26,048 nucleotides of DNA from a virus (taxonomy: Duplodnaviria; Caudoviricetes). Below, in pieces: positions 25,163 through 26,048 of this stretch. The stretch spans positions 1-26,048 of IMG/VR virus record IMGVR_UViG_3300017774_003032, one strand, 5' to 3'. A program made the translations under genes and the position numbers. The notes beneath the pieces were generated by a model. That model ran no database searches. It saw only the letters and a list, made by a program, of their open reading frames with translations, and had not been told where the DNA came from. Each line of letters starts with the position of its first letter. Within the stretch, counting starts at the first letter, position 1.

Positions 25163-25627
25163 ATGAAAAGATTTCAATCAACAAAATTATTTGATGGATA
25201 CTCAGCTTGTTTCCGTCAATGGAAAGCAGAAGGAACTCACTGTAAGTATCTGCATGGTTATGCTGTATCGTTTAGAGTGTGGTTTGAAGGAGAGTTAGAT
25301 GAACGTAATTGGGTATTTGATTTTGGTGGAATGAAAAGAGCAAAAGCTAAAATACACGGATTATCACCTAAAGACTACTTTGCATACCTCCTAGACCATA
25401 CAACTATCGTAGCTCAAGACGATCCATATTTAGAGCATTTTAAGCAAATGGATACGGATGGCGTAATACAACTGCGAATTCTAGATGGTGTAGGATGTGA
25501 GAGATTTGCAGAATACCTACACAACACAATTAACGACTTTTTAAAAGAAGAAACAAACGGCCGTGTACGAGCCGCAAAAGTAGAAGTTTATGAACACGAA
25601 AGAAACTCAGCAAGCTACCAAGAATGA
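25163..25627 (+). CDS. queD: 6-carboxy-5,6,7,8-tetrahydropterin synthase (QueD/PTPS family)
   Basis: CKYLHGY, WVFDFGGMK, LLDHT, CERFAEY and EVYEHERNSASY. Lies near queE. Confidence 0.9.
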   Translation: MKRFQSTKLFDGYSACFRQWKAEGTHCKYLHGYAVSFRVWFEGELDERNWVFDFGGMKRAKAKIHGLSPKDYFAYLLDHTTIVAQDDPYLEHFKQMDTDGVIQLRILDGVGCERFAEYLHNTINDFLKEETNGRVRAAKVEVYEHERNSASYQE

Positions 25628-25628
25628 A

Positions 25629-25841
25629 ATGGTATCTCTTTATGATTATCTGGGCCATGCAGCTGGTTCGGAATTAGGAAAAGAAGTAGCAACTGCTGCA
25701 ACATTAATGAGAGTGCCAATGGATAACCGCGAGGTAACTACTAAAAATTATCAAGGTAGAATTATATTATATCCACGTTGGTTCTTAGATAATTATTTCA
25801 CTAATAAAGCAACACAAGCAACACAAGCATTTCAACTATGA
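25629..25841 (+). CDS. Small hypothetical protein (~70 aa)
   Basis: The start is probably ATG25629, just after the queD stop, rather than 25590. Contains SLYDYLGHAAGSELGKEV and YQGRIILYPRWFL. ATGA-coupled to queE. Confidence 0.7.
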   Translation: MVSLYDYLGHAAGSELGKEVATAATLMRVPMDNREVTTKNYQGRIILYPRWFLDNYFTNKATQATQAFQL

Positions 25842-26048
25842 GCGTAAAAGATAAATTATTAATTAGTAGTGATTTTTACAGTGTGCAGGGAGAGGGAGTA
25901 TCTTCGGGTATTCCTTCATACTTTGTTCGTTTAGGAAACTGTAACTTAACATGCGGAATGTCAAGAGCATTTGCTAATAAGCTTCTAAAAGAAGCATCAT
26001 TAGAAGATGGCGAAATATTCAAAGGCGAGTTAGAATTAGAAGGTAAAG
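25838..26048 (+). CDS. queE: 7-carboxy-7-deazaguanine synthase (QueE, radical SAM), 3'-truncated; absent from the ORF track
   Basis: Manual translation: MSVKDKLLISSDFYSVQGEGVSSGIPSYFVRLGNCNLTCG... The FYSVQGEG and FVRLxxCNLxC motifs are QueE hallmarks. Confidence 0.9.
   Translation, partial: MSVKDKLLISSDFYSVQGEGVSSGIPSYFVRLGNCNLTCGMSRAFANKLLKEASLEDGEIFKGELELEGK

Noticed and set aside
3064-25177. Other minus-strand and nested short ORFs (e.g. 4111-4383, 10943-11287, 15436-15906, 16051-16506, 22272-22574)
   Set aside because: All lie within or largely overlap well-supported + strand genes and have no recognisable motifs.
1-26048. Stop-codon reassignment (alternative genetic code)
   Set aside because: Conserved genes are full length in the standard code, and TAA, TAG and TGA all end genes at sensible boundaries.

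Overview
A gene-dense, AT-rich segment of a large contractile-tailed dsDNA phage with T4-like modules. Every credible gene is on the + strand. The host is plausibly Bacteroidota (inference: no Shine-Dalgarno motifs, and TTG-N20-TAnn(G/T)T(T/A)A promoters). Gene order: (1) end of a fibre-like virion gene, tail sheath, tail tube, gp26/gp51-like assembly chaperones joined by an apparent slippery T7 tract, an inserted membrane-protein moron, tape measure and baseplate genes; (2) a replication/recombination block with a short, atypical family-A polymerase, gp32-like SSB, RecA/UvsX, 5'-3' exonuclease, DnaB-like helicase and class II RNR; (3) an accessory block with a large PD-(D/E)xK-like nuclease candidate, dUTPase, a DenV-like glycosylase and the start of a 7-deazaguanine pathway (QueD, QueE). 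Two recurrent promoter classes and four terminator-like hairpins are visible. Best leads: the PolA with His at the steric gate and a YDS motif C; a possibly virion-packaged restriction-like nuclease near deazaguanine genes; a +1/-2 chaperone frameshift; a 14-residue QG repeat array in a baseplate protein; and apparently leaderless early transcripts. All product calls come from motif recognition by eye, not database searches.
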